In this document: piece by piece, positions 18,904-27,602 of the stretch
Numbering within the stretch: position 1 is the stretch's first letter
How the letters are laid out: every line of letters starts with the position of its first letter
Source of the DNA: a virus
Virus record (IMG/VR): IMGVR_UViG_3300031652_000001
Length of the DNA stretch: 64,000 nt
Direction: 5' to 3' (one strand)
Translations under genes and position numbers: made by a program
The notes under the pieces: model-generated
The model's database searches: none
Told to the model about the DNA's origin: nothing
Seen by the model: the letters and a program-made list of their open reading frames with translations, nothing else

Positions 18904-19889
18904 GGCAACACCTTCCCATAGTACTTCTCAATGGCTGGCTTAATCCTCATAATCCTCGGAGGGTTTTTTCCACCACTCTTGATATACTGCTTCGAACCAA
19001 AACCCCAATCGGCAATTCTGGTCAAACAAAGCTCCTCCCATACTCTGTACGTAACCGCCTCAGGATCCTTCACATTGATAAAACCAACAGAAGGATCGAA
19101 ATCAACCAGACCTTCCTTTTTGCACCTGAGCATCGCTTTCGAAAACAACTTATATGATCCGCCTGGAAGGTTCTGCCATAACGAAAAAAAGATTGCAGGA
19201 GTAGGAGTTCCCCACAACTCATCAGGAAGTAATCCTCGTATCGTACCACCAACTTTCCCCAGTGGCGGTCGCTGATAACCTAAAGATTTCTTGAATTCAA
19301 GTTTGGCATAATCCTGCTGGATCTCCTGAACCTCAGGCTGCTGTCCCATGACAGCAAACAACCGACAAAGATCCAATGCCTGTTTTTTTCCACCACCCTC
19401 TTCACCGAGACATATCCTAACAATACGATTCTTTTGAGCTGCTATCGATGGATTCATTTTTTGGTATTTTCCATCACTCTCTGCCCAGAAAAAACCCTCT
19501 TTGATCCTGAAACCAAAATCCTCAAAAACCTGTGTACCACCAACAGTACAAAGATTTTCAAAAACCGTTGTATCGATACCCTCAACAAAATCGTAAACTG
19601 GTATCGATTTCATGAACTCAAGAAAACGCTGAAGTCTCCCAGACGTGAACGTCCATTGAAAAACACCAAACGTTACACCTGTATTGTCATACATAACAAC
19701 CGTATCATAACGTCCTTCACACTCTGCCACGACTCCAAGTATCTGAGTCCAAACCCCCCACGGCAATAGTGGATCATACTCAAATAAAAAGCCTTTTCCC
19801 TTCTCCTTCTTTCCTCTGTATAGAGGACCACCCATGTCTTTGTATCTTACCCATGATGGGCGCAAACTATTCATCTGATCTAACATCAC
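18888..19889 (-). CDS. putative lysozyme-fold peptidoglycan hydrolase
   Basis: ECEGRYDTVVMYDNTGVTFGVFQWT..SG.L resembles muramidase E...D...G..Q motifs. Confidence 0.55.
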   Translation of the reverse strand: MMLDQMNSLRPSWVRYKDMGGPLYRGKKEKGKGFLFEYDPLLPWGVWTQILGVVAECEGRYDTVVMYDNTGVTFGVFQWTFTSGRLQRFLEFMKSIPVYDFVEGIDTTVFENLCTVGGTQVFEDFGFRIKEGFFWAESDGKYQKMNPSIAAQKNRIVRICLGEEGGGKKQALDLCRLFAVMGQQPEVQEIQQDYAKLEFKKSLGYQRPPLGKVGGTIRGLLPDELWGTPTPAIFFSLWQNLPGGSYKLFSKAMLRCKKEGLVDFDPSVGFINVKDPEAVTYRVWEELCLTRIADWGFGSKQYIKSGGKNPPRIMRIKPAIEKYYGKVLPWIGK

Positions 19890-20533
19890 TCCTCCAAGTC
19901 TATATCCGTCAAAACCTCATATAAATCGACAAAAGCAACTGAATAATCCAGAATATTCTCTTGCTTGATTGAATCAACACGAATTATCAACATCTCATAC
20001 TCATTGATAATTTCTTCAGCATCAATTCTTTTCAGAAGGAATGGACCAGTAATCCTATCCGTTATCCACTTCCTGGTATCCTTCAAGACAGTACCATGCC
20101 TCCAGATATTAACGGCAAGAACAGCTGCATAAGCTCTAGCAAGTAATTGACATCTCTGTTTCCTTCTCGAAAACAAAAAAAACGAAAACAAAAAAAACAG
20201 TAAAAAAAACTTACTGAACCAAATAGCCAAAACAGAGATGAACGAAAAAACAGAAAAATAAACAGGAAACCAGTAGAAAAGCCAATGAACAAACGGCCGC
20301 TCATTCTTATCAAGACAAAAAACATATGCCCATGCCAACATTTTCAAAGCCCGAATATGATCACGAGCAAAAGCTTTCTGGTTTGGCATCCAAATAGTAT
20401 TCCCTTTCACCCTGACTCGCATCTCATCACTATCTGAAAATTTGACTTTCGTCTTCGGAAGCTTTCCTTGTATCCTCCTTAACAAAGAGTAAACAAGATT
20501 CGCATCATTCGTATATTCATAACTCAACATCAC
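19886..20533 (-). CDS. membrane protein, possibly a degenerate zinc metallopeptidase
   Basis: Phe-rich TM segments; TIW.P...LAWAYVF where HExxH would be expected. Confidence 0.55.
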   Translation of the reverse strand: MMLSYEYTNDANLVYSLLRRIQGKLPKTKVKFSDSDEMRVRVKGNTIWMPNQKAFARDHIRALKMLAWAYVFCLDKNERPFVHWLFYWFPVYFSVFSFISVLAIWFSKFFLLFFLFSFFLFSRRKQRCQLLARAYAAVLAVNIWRHGTVLKDTRKWITDRITGPFLLKRIDAEEIINEYEMLIIRVDSIKQENILDYSVAFVDLYEVLTDIDLEE

Positions 20534-20829
20534 TTCTTACCTTTTCCAGAACCCCTCGTCCCCCCTTTTGTCCCCCCTCTTGTCCTGTCAACCTTCCCCA
20601 TGGCCTTCATCATCGTAAGAGCTTTATTGGCACACGTCTCACAAATATGTTCATAGGAAAGGACCTTGGCATCATCACCAGTCCCAAGCTGCATCCGAAA
20701 AGATCCAAATTTCTTAGAACCTTTTTTTGCCCTCAATGTTTCTCCATCAGAAACATGCTCAATCGAAAACAAAGCATTGCACCTGTCACAACGATCCTCG
20801 ACGACAGTTATAGTAGCCTCTTTTTTCAT
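20530..20829 (-). CDS. small Zn-ribbon protein
   Basis: CDRC...CETC, basic Gly-rich tail. Confidence 0.7.
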   Translation of the reverse strand: MKKEATITVVEDRCDRCNALFSIEHVSDGETLRAKKGSKKFGSFRMQLGTGDDAKVLSYEHICETCANKALTMMKAMGKVDRTRGGTKGGTRGSGKGKK

Positions 20830-21419
20830 CGCCCAGCCTTTTTCCTCTTCATAAGCCCACGTTTCACAAGCTCACGAGCCAATACTTCTCTCGTATAATC
20901 AAACGTAATGTTTCCGTCACGCTCTCTGATTATCGGACCAAATTTATCAAACTGATCATATCTTGTCGCAATTCTAGCCGTACTGTATAGACGATTCAAA
21001 ACAATATTTACAGAAGTCCACTTTTTTGGACTACCATCATATGAATCAGCAATTTCCCTCTCAAACAAACGATGAAAAAAAACATGATACCCAACAATAG
21101 ACGGACGCTTTACACCTACACCCTTCAAGGTTCGAAACATTCCAACTATCCTGAGATCAAGATCAAATAAAATATCTTTATTTGTTTCCTCTAATGGCCA
21201 AAAACGAAGTTCAACCTGTCTATCAACTGGCTTGCCATCAATTTCGTAAACCCTCCAAAGAAGACGATTCTCAAAGGAAGCACTATTTACCTGATCCCAT
21301 CTACGATCACCCCATACCCTTACAGAATCAACTTCTCTGAGCACATTAAGTTTTTCATCATTGGATAATGCCAATACCTGCTCAATGCCAACATCCTCTA
21401 TGTACTTATTTATCATCAT
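20826..21419 (-). CDS. hypothetical protein
   Basis: 197 aa, coupled overlaps on both sides. Confidence 0.7.
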   Translation of the reverse strand: MMINKYIEDVGIEQVLALSNDEKLNVLREVDSVRVWGDRRWDQVNSASFENRLLWRVYEIDGKPVDRQVELRFWPLEETNKDILFDLDLRIVGMFRTLKGVGVKRPSIVGYHVFFHRLFEREIADSYDGSPKKWTSVNIVLNRLYSTARIATRYDQFDKFGPIIRERDGNITFDYTREVLARELVKRGLMKRKKAGR

Positions 21420-21640
21420 TTCGAAACACGCACGATGGTATCAGCAACAAATTTACCAAAGACTGCCTTCCCATAACTAGACAAATGGAGACCATCACCA
21501 GAATCATATTTCCATCTCAGAAAACCATTATTACCCGGTAATGCAGTGTCAACAGAAAATACGAAATCAGATTCACCAACGCATAAAACAGAAAACAATC
21601 TCGTAATCCCAAAAAGAAAAATGAACAATGAATCAAACAT
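21416..21640 (-). pseudogene. internally deleted SGNH/GDSL hydrolase remnant
   Basis: Hydrophobic N-terminus joined directly to YDSGDGLHLSSYG (block V); blocks I-III absent. Confidence 0.5.
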
Positions 21641-22259
21641 TAAGCTTCTCATATTCTGATTTCGGGATAATAACCCATGTATCAGACATCCTGACACCAT
21701 GAGGTATATTTGCGAAAGTAATGTACATCATAGGCGTCTTATCTTGGACAGACGCTTCCGCTGTTATCTTCGAAAGAAGATCAATACTCAGCCCAAATGT
21801 CTTTCGCTCCGTTCTTTTTGCCTCGACTTGCCAGTGATCACTTGATGCATCACTCTTAATCCCAGGAATGGCACCTGAGCCAATGTGACGCCGTCCCCCT
21901 ATCATCGATGCCACTTCTTCTTCCTGGACCGTGACAGCCGTTCTTGTTCGTCTGGTAAGATCTTTATTGCCGAATGAAAAAGGTTTCATCGTTTCTTTTT
22001 TATCAAAACCAACACGAGAAATATCCCACTCTAAAAGATACCGAATTTCTATGGTTCCATCGATAATCTGACTAAATCTGCTTGAATTCAAAAGTGGAAG
22101 TTCAACATCATCCTTCAAATCAATCTTAGCCTGAACAGATGACAGTAAGACGACAAGACGTTTTACACCATTCACAATATGGATTTTCAAAGAATCACAA
22201 CCCGGATCACTCCGCAGTACCCTTCCTATTAATCCAGCTATAGTCCTCGGTTTAGTCAT
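21633..22259 (-). CDS. PD-(D/E)XK Hjc-like resolvase/nuclease with N-terminal extension
   Basis: QEEEVA..IGGRR..GSGA....KSD......VEAKRT. Confidence 0.8.
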   Translation of the reverse strand: MTKPRTIAGLIGRVLRSDPGCDSLKIHIVNGVKRLVVLLSSVQAKIDLKDDVELPLLNSSRFSQIIDGTIEIRYLLEWDISRVGFDKKETMKPFSFGNKDLTRRTRTAVTVQEEEVASMIGGRRHIGSGAIPGIKSDASSDHWQVEAKRTERKTFGLSIDLLSKITAEASVQDKTPMMYITFANIPHGVRMSDTWVIIPKSEYEKLNV

Positions 22260-23457
22260 ATTCTTCATCCAGGTGAAGCTTCTTTAGAAGCATCTCACTC
22301 TTCAATGCATCGTATCGATGAGGGTTTTCACCAAGGTACCTAATCAAGTGATTGATCCCTCGAAACTTTTTTCCATCAAACTCGTATGTCTGACTATTTG
22401 GGTGATCAACCATTCCCATTCCGACCGCTTTTGCAATTACAGTGTCATGCTCCTGAAGGTCACCAATCTTGAATATATCAGTATCCGACATCCATTGCTT
22501 GTATGATCCCTTCCCGCCAGAGGTACCGACCTTGTTCTTTCTGACAACCCAACGAAACTCACCAAGTATTGGTTCATCGTTCTCATCCAAAGTCACTTTT
22601 CCAGGATTGAATTCCAGTTCAATTGTCCCAGCAAAAAGTTGACCTTTACCTCCTGGAAGAGTTTTATTGCTACCAAACTGCACACCAATTTTTTCACGAA
22701 ACTGATTGATAGCCCAGATTGTCATCCCAACATCCGCCTGGAAACCAAGGTTCATCAGACTAATTATTTTTCTGATGAATTTATTATTCATCCTCGCTGC
22801 AACACCTGGTTGACTTTCCTGCATCCCACCCGTTAATTCGTCTGACGGCGTCATAGCTGCCAACGAATCAATAACCATCAAATCAATGAGTCCAGTCTGA
22901 GCAAATCCAGTTATAATGTCGTAGCCTTGCTCTCCAAAAGACGGCCTCATAAGAATAACCTTCTCAGCCCATACTCCAAGCGTCTTGGCCCATGACGGCA
23001 ACCAGACACCTTCTGAATCACACCACAATGCAACAATGTCTTTCGGTTTTCCACACGAACAATTTTTTATAACTTGAGTTTTTATCTCTTTTATTTCACC
23101 GGTACGCGCATCAGGAAGCTTTACCACTCCATCTCCGAACTCAGCTGGCTTATAACAATTTCCACAAAGGCGTTGCATGTTTGCAAGCCCCCGAAGAAGC
23201 ATCGTAGTTTTTCCACCCTTGGCATCCCCATAAACAAGCGTCATCCTACAAATAGGATACCCACCGTTCATTGCAACATCCAACGCATAAAGACCCGTTG
23301 ACACCCTCGGAACAATTAATCGCTCATCGTCACGAGCATTGGCAAGTGGACTCAAACCTTTATACGTCTTTTTCATATTTTTTATTTGATCTCCAAGTAG
23401 CCTGGCTCTTGTCGTGGCAGCATCTTCTTGTGGACCATCTGTTTTTTTTGGCATCAC
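22252..23457 (-). CDS. recA: RecA/UvsX-like recombinase with Cys4 insertion
   Basis: STG..ALD.A..GG, YGDAKGGKTT, IDSLAAM, INQFREKIGVQFG, PGG, KNKV. Confidence 0.92.
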   Translation of the reverse strand: MMPKKTDGPQEDAATTRARLLGDQIKNMKKTYKGLSPLANARDDERLIVPRVSTGLYALDVAMNGGYPICRMTLVYGDAKGGKTTMLLRGLANMQRLCGNCYKPAEFGDGVVKLPDARTGEIKEIKTQVIKNCSCGKPKDIVALWCDSEGVWLPSWAKTLGVWAEKVILMRPSFGEQGYDIITGFAQTGLIDLMVIDSLAAMTPSDELTGGMQESQPGVAARMNNKFIRKIISLMNLGFQADVGMTIWAINQFREKIGVQFGSNKTLPGGKGQLFAGTIELEFNPGKVTLDENDEPILGEFRWVVRKNKVGTSGGKGSYKQWMSDTDIFKIGDLQEHDTVIAKAVGMGMVDHPNSQTYEFDGKKFRGINHLIRYLGENPHRYDALKSEMLLKKLHLDEEYD

Positions 23458-23463
23458 AGCCTC

Positions 23464-24282
23464 CTAAAACAATATATCATCATCATCTTCAATAGGTGGT
23501 TCATAGATTACATTATCATCGATAGATGGTTCAGAATCATCCACAGAATCACCAACCACTTCTTCTTTTTCTTCGTCCGCTTCTACATCTTTATCCAAAA
23601 CCCCTTCTTTGGCCTTGAACACTTTTTTGATAGGCTCAAATTTCTCAGAACCAGACTCAGCTATTTCCTCAAGTACTCTTGGATTTGCTTTTACACCCAA
23701 AAGATCATCGAGTGCTTCATCGATCCTATCTGATACAAACCTTGAAGCAAACAATGACATCCCTTTGGCTTCCTCGGGATAACAAGGAAACTCAACCCAT
23801 GAATCAACACGAGCACTCTCCCAATTACCAAGATTCACAGTCAAACCAGCACTTGAACCAACCTTGGCAACTGGACCATTAAACCGACATACATCAATAA
23901 TCTCTGCCGTATCAATAGGTGGCCCCCACAAACCATCTACTTTAAACATCCTAGTCAATCGATGAATAGTCGAATGAACCCTGTGCTGACTATTTTCACC
24001 ATCTATAACTCTGAAATTACCAATCTTGCCTTCATATAATTGACTAGAAAAATCTTCCCATGCTTCCTTTAGACCGTATTTAACCACCTCTCTGATACGC
24101 ACTGGAGCCATATTAGCGACCTTTGCCCACTTCTCATACTTGCTACCAAGATCACCAGAAACTCCTCTCCTCTTTCCATAAAACCATCTTGAAGCAAAAC
24201 CAATAAGATTCTCTTTCTGATTTTGTTTAGAAAACCATTCGTGAAAACCAGGACACTCCATGGATGTTGCCGACTCGAACAT
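23464..24282 (-). CDS. hypothetical protein with acidic SSB-Ct-like tail
   Basis: TVNLGNWESARVD motif; ends EDDDDILF. Confidence 0.75.
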   Translation of the reverse strand: MFESATSMECPGFHEWFSKQNQKENLIGFASRWFYGKRRGVSGDLGSKYEKWAKVANMAPVRIREVVKYGLKEAWEDFSSQLYEGKIGNFRVIDGENSQHRVHSTIHRLTRMFKVDGLWGPPIDTAEIIDVCRFNGPVAKVGSSAGLTVNLGNWESARVDSWVEFPCYPEEAKGMSLFASRFVSDRIDEALDDLLGVKANPRVLEEIAESGSEKFEPIKKVFKAKEGVLDKDVEADEEKEEVVGDSVDDSEPSIDDNVIYEPPIEDDDDILF

Positions 24283-25691
24283 TACTCACCATCCTTCGGA
24301 ACATACATTCCCTCTTTCACATAAAACTCTTTTCGACTGTTCCATCGTCTTGCAAATTCAGAAACACCGGCATCAATAAAATCCGTTATGACAGGTGGTT
24401 CTTTGTCAGCATATACCCGCATTATCCGTCCAGCCGCCTGTTCTGGATCAGAAACTGGACTCACAAAAAACGCAGTATCAAGAGCTTCTATATCGAGGGC
24501 TTCAGCTGTCATTTTATATGTTGACCAAATCACATCCGCCATCTCAGACTCGTCAAGATCCTCATCTTTCATACCACCAACATAATAAGCAGACGTTATC
24601 AAAACCTCTTTGCCATCTACTGTTTTTGTTGGTTTATGCTCCGTAAACATCTCATCCAAAGTTTCAAGATGTTTACGACGCTCACTAAGGACTATAATTT
24701 TCCTGCCCCTTTTTGCCGCCATCAACAACTCTGATACGATCAATTCATTACGATCCTTATCAGCAACAAGCCGTCTCACCTGACTCTCAGGACTTGCCAA
24801 TTCCGGATTATAGCTTCTGGAAGAACGAAGAACAAAACGTGTAAAGACTCGACGCAACCGAGGCGTTACACGTTTTGTCTTCGAAACATGTATAATTTCT
24901 CCGATATGCCAAAAGAAAACACTCTCAGCACGATCTTTTCGTCTTGGAGTTGCTGTAACTCCGAGACGATAGGAAGCATTGAATTTTGGTACAACACATC
25001 CCCAGGTTGGGGCACCAATTCTGTGAACCTCATCGGTAATGACAAGGCCAAAGGAACTCCAAAAATCAGCAGGAAGATCGTCCATGTGTTCAGAAAGAGT
25101 GTGTATCATCGCTACCGAAATATCGTAATTGGGACCATACTCAATTTTTGACGCTTGGATTATTCCAACTTTTGCATCAGGAACATATCCAGGCTTTATG
25201 ATCCTGCCTTCTTTATCTTTCGTTCCCTTTATCCTTTTTATCCATTGCTTCAAAAGAAAGGACTTGTTCACGATAACAATCGTGCTCCTTCCAATCCTCG
25301 TAAACAGATTCAATGACATAACAGTTTTACCCCAACCCGGGGCAGCCTGAACAACACCTCCCATCCCACCACTTACCTTGTTCATCATCACAGAATTCAC
25401 AGCTTTTGCTTGGTCAGGACGAAGCTCTCCATTGAACTCTAAAGATAATTCTCTACCCATAGACACATCAACGGTGATGTTATGGTTCAACTGTCTTCGC
25501 TCAAGAAAATAACTCCGAGGAATACCTATACGTTCTTCCTCCTCACTGTAAAGAGCAATCGGATCTGGATCCTCTTGCTTTCGATACGTTCTCCTCGGTT
25601 TTATCGTCAGCTTCTCTTTTATCTTCTCAATCTGACTTGCAGTGAGCTGACTCTTTTTCATCCAAGCATAATTTGAAATTGTGATGTCCAT
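24282..25691 (-). CDS. superfamily 2 DNA helicase (DExH, UvsW/XPB-like)
   Basis: LRPDQ, AAPGWGKT, DEVH, TAT, QAAGRIMR. Confidence 0.9.
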   Translation of the reverse strand: MDITISNYAWMKKSQLTASQIEKIKEKLTIKPRRTYRKQEDPDPIALYSEEEERIGIPRSYFLERRQLNHNITVDVSMGRELSLEFNGELRPDQAKAVNSVMMNKVSGGMGGVVQAAPGWGKTVMSLNLFTRIGRSTIVIVNKSFLLKQWIKRIKGTKDKEGRIIKPGYVPDAKVGIIQASKIEYGPNYDISVAMIHTLSEHMDDLPADFWSSFGLVITDEVHRIGAPTWGCVVPKFNASYRLGVTATPRRKDRAESVFFWHIGEIIHVSKTKRVTPRLRRVFTRFVLRSSRSYNPELASPESQVRRLVADKDRNELIVSELLMAAKRGRKIIVLSERRKHLETLDEMFTEHKPTKTVDGKEVLITSAYYVGGMKDEDLDESEMADVIWSTYKMTAEALDIEALDTAFFVSPVSDPEQAAGRIMRVYADKEPPVITDFIDAGVSEFARRWNSRKEFYVKEGMYVPKDGE

Positions 25692-25746
25692 CGATGTCCA
25701 TCCTATTCCCTATTCTTCATCACTAGAAAAATGGTGGTGTTAGAGG

Positions 25747-26472
25747 CTAATAGATGACGTCGTCGTCTCCACCTTCTTTAGGAGGCTGATAGTCGCCACC
25801 TCCACCTCCGGAGTACTTCTCATCACCATCACCGCTGTAAGCTCCTGAGGCCAACGCCTGAAGCTCAGAAGCCGTCTTCGGAGCAAAGATCTTCTTGTAA
25901 TCGAAGGGCTCCGGAGGATGTTTTTTACCATCCTCTCTGGACTTCCACCAAAGCTTCTCATCCTTCTCGACATCGATCCCTGTCTTCAGTACGTCCCATA
26001 CGTCGCCGAGCCGTGGAGCCTTATCTGAGGTCCTCTGGATCTCGATCAATGCACCAACCAATGTTGTGTGCTTGGTTCGATAGGCCAAAAACCGATCCAG
26101 GACGGTTTCCGGCATTGCAAACAAGTTACGAGAATACTTGCCCGCCGTTTCACCTTTCTTGTTTTTGTACCCCGTGCAGTCGATGATCGAAATGAATGCA
26201 GAGAACTGACGATTGTTCCCAGACATACAGATCGGACAAACACCATCATCACTGAATCCCTTTGGACACGAAAAGAAATTACCCCACTTGCCGTTGATCT
26301 TCATGTGGTGTTCCCAAATTGAGAACGGTTGATCATCGAGAATAATGATCTTTTTTGACTCTTTTTCGTTGAGCCAAAGTCTCATCGGAGACCTTTGCCT
26401 GCTCGCGACTTCCTTCTTTACCTTTTCGACGTCTTCTTCTGTAACGCCATGTTTGAACCAATTTTCGCTCAT
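25747..26472 (-). CDS. phage gp32-like single-stranded DNA-binding protein
   Basis: WEHH...C...CPIC Zn site, OB-like core, Gly/acidic tail ending GGDDDVIY; position next to primase. Confidence 0.75.
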   Translation of the reverse strand: MSENWFKHGVTEEDVEKVKKEVASRQRSPMRLWLNEKESKKIIILDDQPFSIWEHHMKINGKWGNFFSCPKGFSDDGVCPICMSGNNRQFSAFISIIDCTGYKNKKGETAGKYSRNLFAMPETVLDRFLAYRTKHTTLVGALIEIQRTSDKAPRLGDVWDVLKTGIDVEKDEKLWWKSREDGKKHPPEPFDYKKIFAPKTASELQALASGAYSGDGDEKYSGGGGGDYQPPKEGGDDDVIY

Positions 26473-26579
26473 TTCATCCTCCTGGTGTGATGTGCCATTG
26501 CACAAAAATATACTGACCATAATGGTCAAAACGTAGCCCCAACTACCGGAGCATTAATTATTTCATATATCCGCCATCG

Positions 26580-27602
26580 TTAATGTGTCAACTTAATAAT
26601 CCTTGCGTCGCTTAATGCGACATTTATTACTTCAATCGATGCATCACCAGGATCATACCCTGGTTCAAGAGTCGCGTCATAAACTGGTATTCTCCCTCGA
26701 ATTTCCTGAGCTATCCCTTTCGTCATCCGATCACCAGCCTTGTCACCATCAGCCATGACAATTAACCGTCCATTTCTTGGAGTAAGTTCGACCAATTTAT
26801 TTGCCTGTTGCTCACTAGGATAGGACCCAAGAACACCAACAGCAAAAAATCCATACTGATACATCTTCAAAACATCCATTGGACCTTCAACAACAATCAA
26901 GTCTTTTTTACGATTCTCCTCTTTATCTTTTTCACCCCAAAAAATATGTTCTCCATATAAAAAAAACTTTTTCGTAGGACCAATGAAGTCACTATCATTC
27001 CTGCCTTTTGGCTTAAAAGGAATCATCACATCATTCGGTACATCCAAAATATAATTTGAATATTTTGAACGGTTACCGGATCCCGTTATGTCCCTGCCTA
27101 TGATCACTGCAAGTCTTCCCTTGTAATCTCTTGTCGTGAAGATGGCCCTATCATATCTTCTATCAACACCAAGCTCCCATTTCTTTGCTGTATCAATCGT
27201 TATCCCACGTCTCTTCAGATAACCAGACAAAACACCAACAAATGGTTTAAGCCGCTCATCCTTAAAAAACACCGGCTTACTCTGATCAGCATTACTGAAT
27301 CGACGCTTCTTCGTTTGATAGTGCCACGTTCTTCGTTTTATTTTTTTTGGTTTATAATCAGGAACAAGATCAGTGTTACCAGTCTGTATTGCCAAACCTT
27401 CCATAGCGCCCCTGGCGCCACACGAAAAACAATTATAGGGACTCTTATCTTCAGAATTTATCCTGACACCAAAAGAAGGTCTGCGATCCCCACGTTTATG
27501 ATTTTCTCCAAACGGACAACTGCACGAAATTTCATCTCCTACTTTCCGTATTCTTTCACATCCAAGACGTTCAAGTAGAGTAAATATTTTGTCGGCATCC
27601 AT
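26580..27602 (-). CDS. dnaG: DNA primase (CHC2 Zn finger plus TOPRIM)
   Basis: CPF..H..D..PSF...CFSC; VVEGPMD; ADGDKAG; DPGD. Confidence 0.9.
   Translation of the reverse strand: MDADKIFTLLERLGCERIRKVGDEISCSCPFGENHKRGDRRPSFGVRINSEDKSPYNCFSCGARGAMEGLAIQTGNTDLVPDYKPKKIKRRTWHYQTKKRRFSNADQSKPVFFKDERLKPFVGVLSGYLKRRGITIDTAKKWELGVDRRYDRAIFTTRDYKGRLAVIIGRDITGSGNRSKYSNYILDVPNDVMIPFKPKGRNDSDFIGPTKKFFLYGEHIFWGEKDKEENRKKDLIVVEGPMDVLKMYQYGFFAVGVLGSYPSEQQANKLVELTPRNGRLIVMADGDKAGDRMTKGIAQEIRGRIPVYDATLEPGYDPGDASIEVINVALSDARIIKLTH

Noticed and set aside
20165-20265. A-rich tracts as a phase-variation site
   Set aside because: They encode the Phe/Leu-rich transmembrane segment and the frame is intact.
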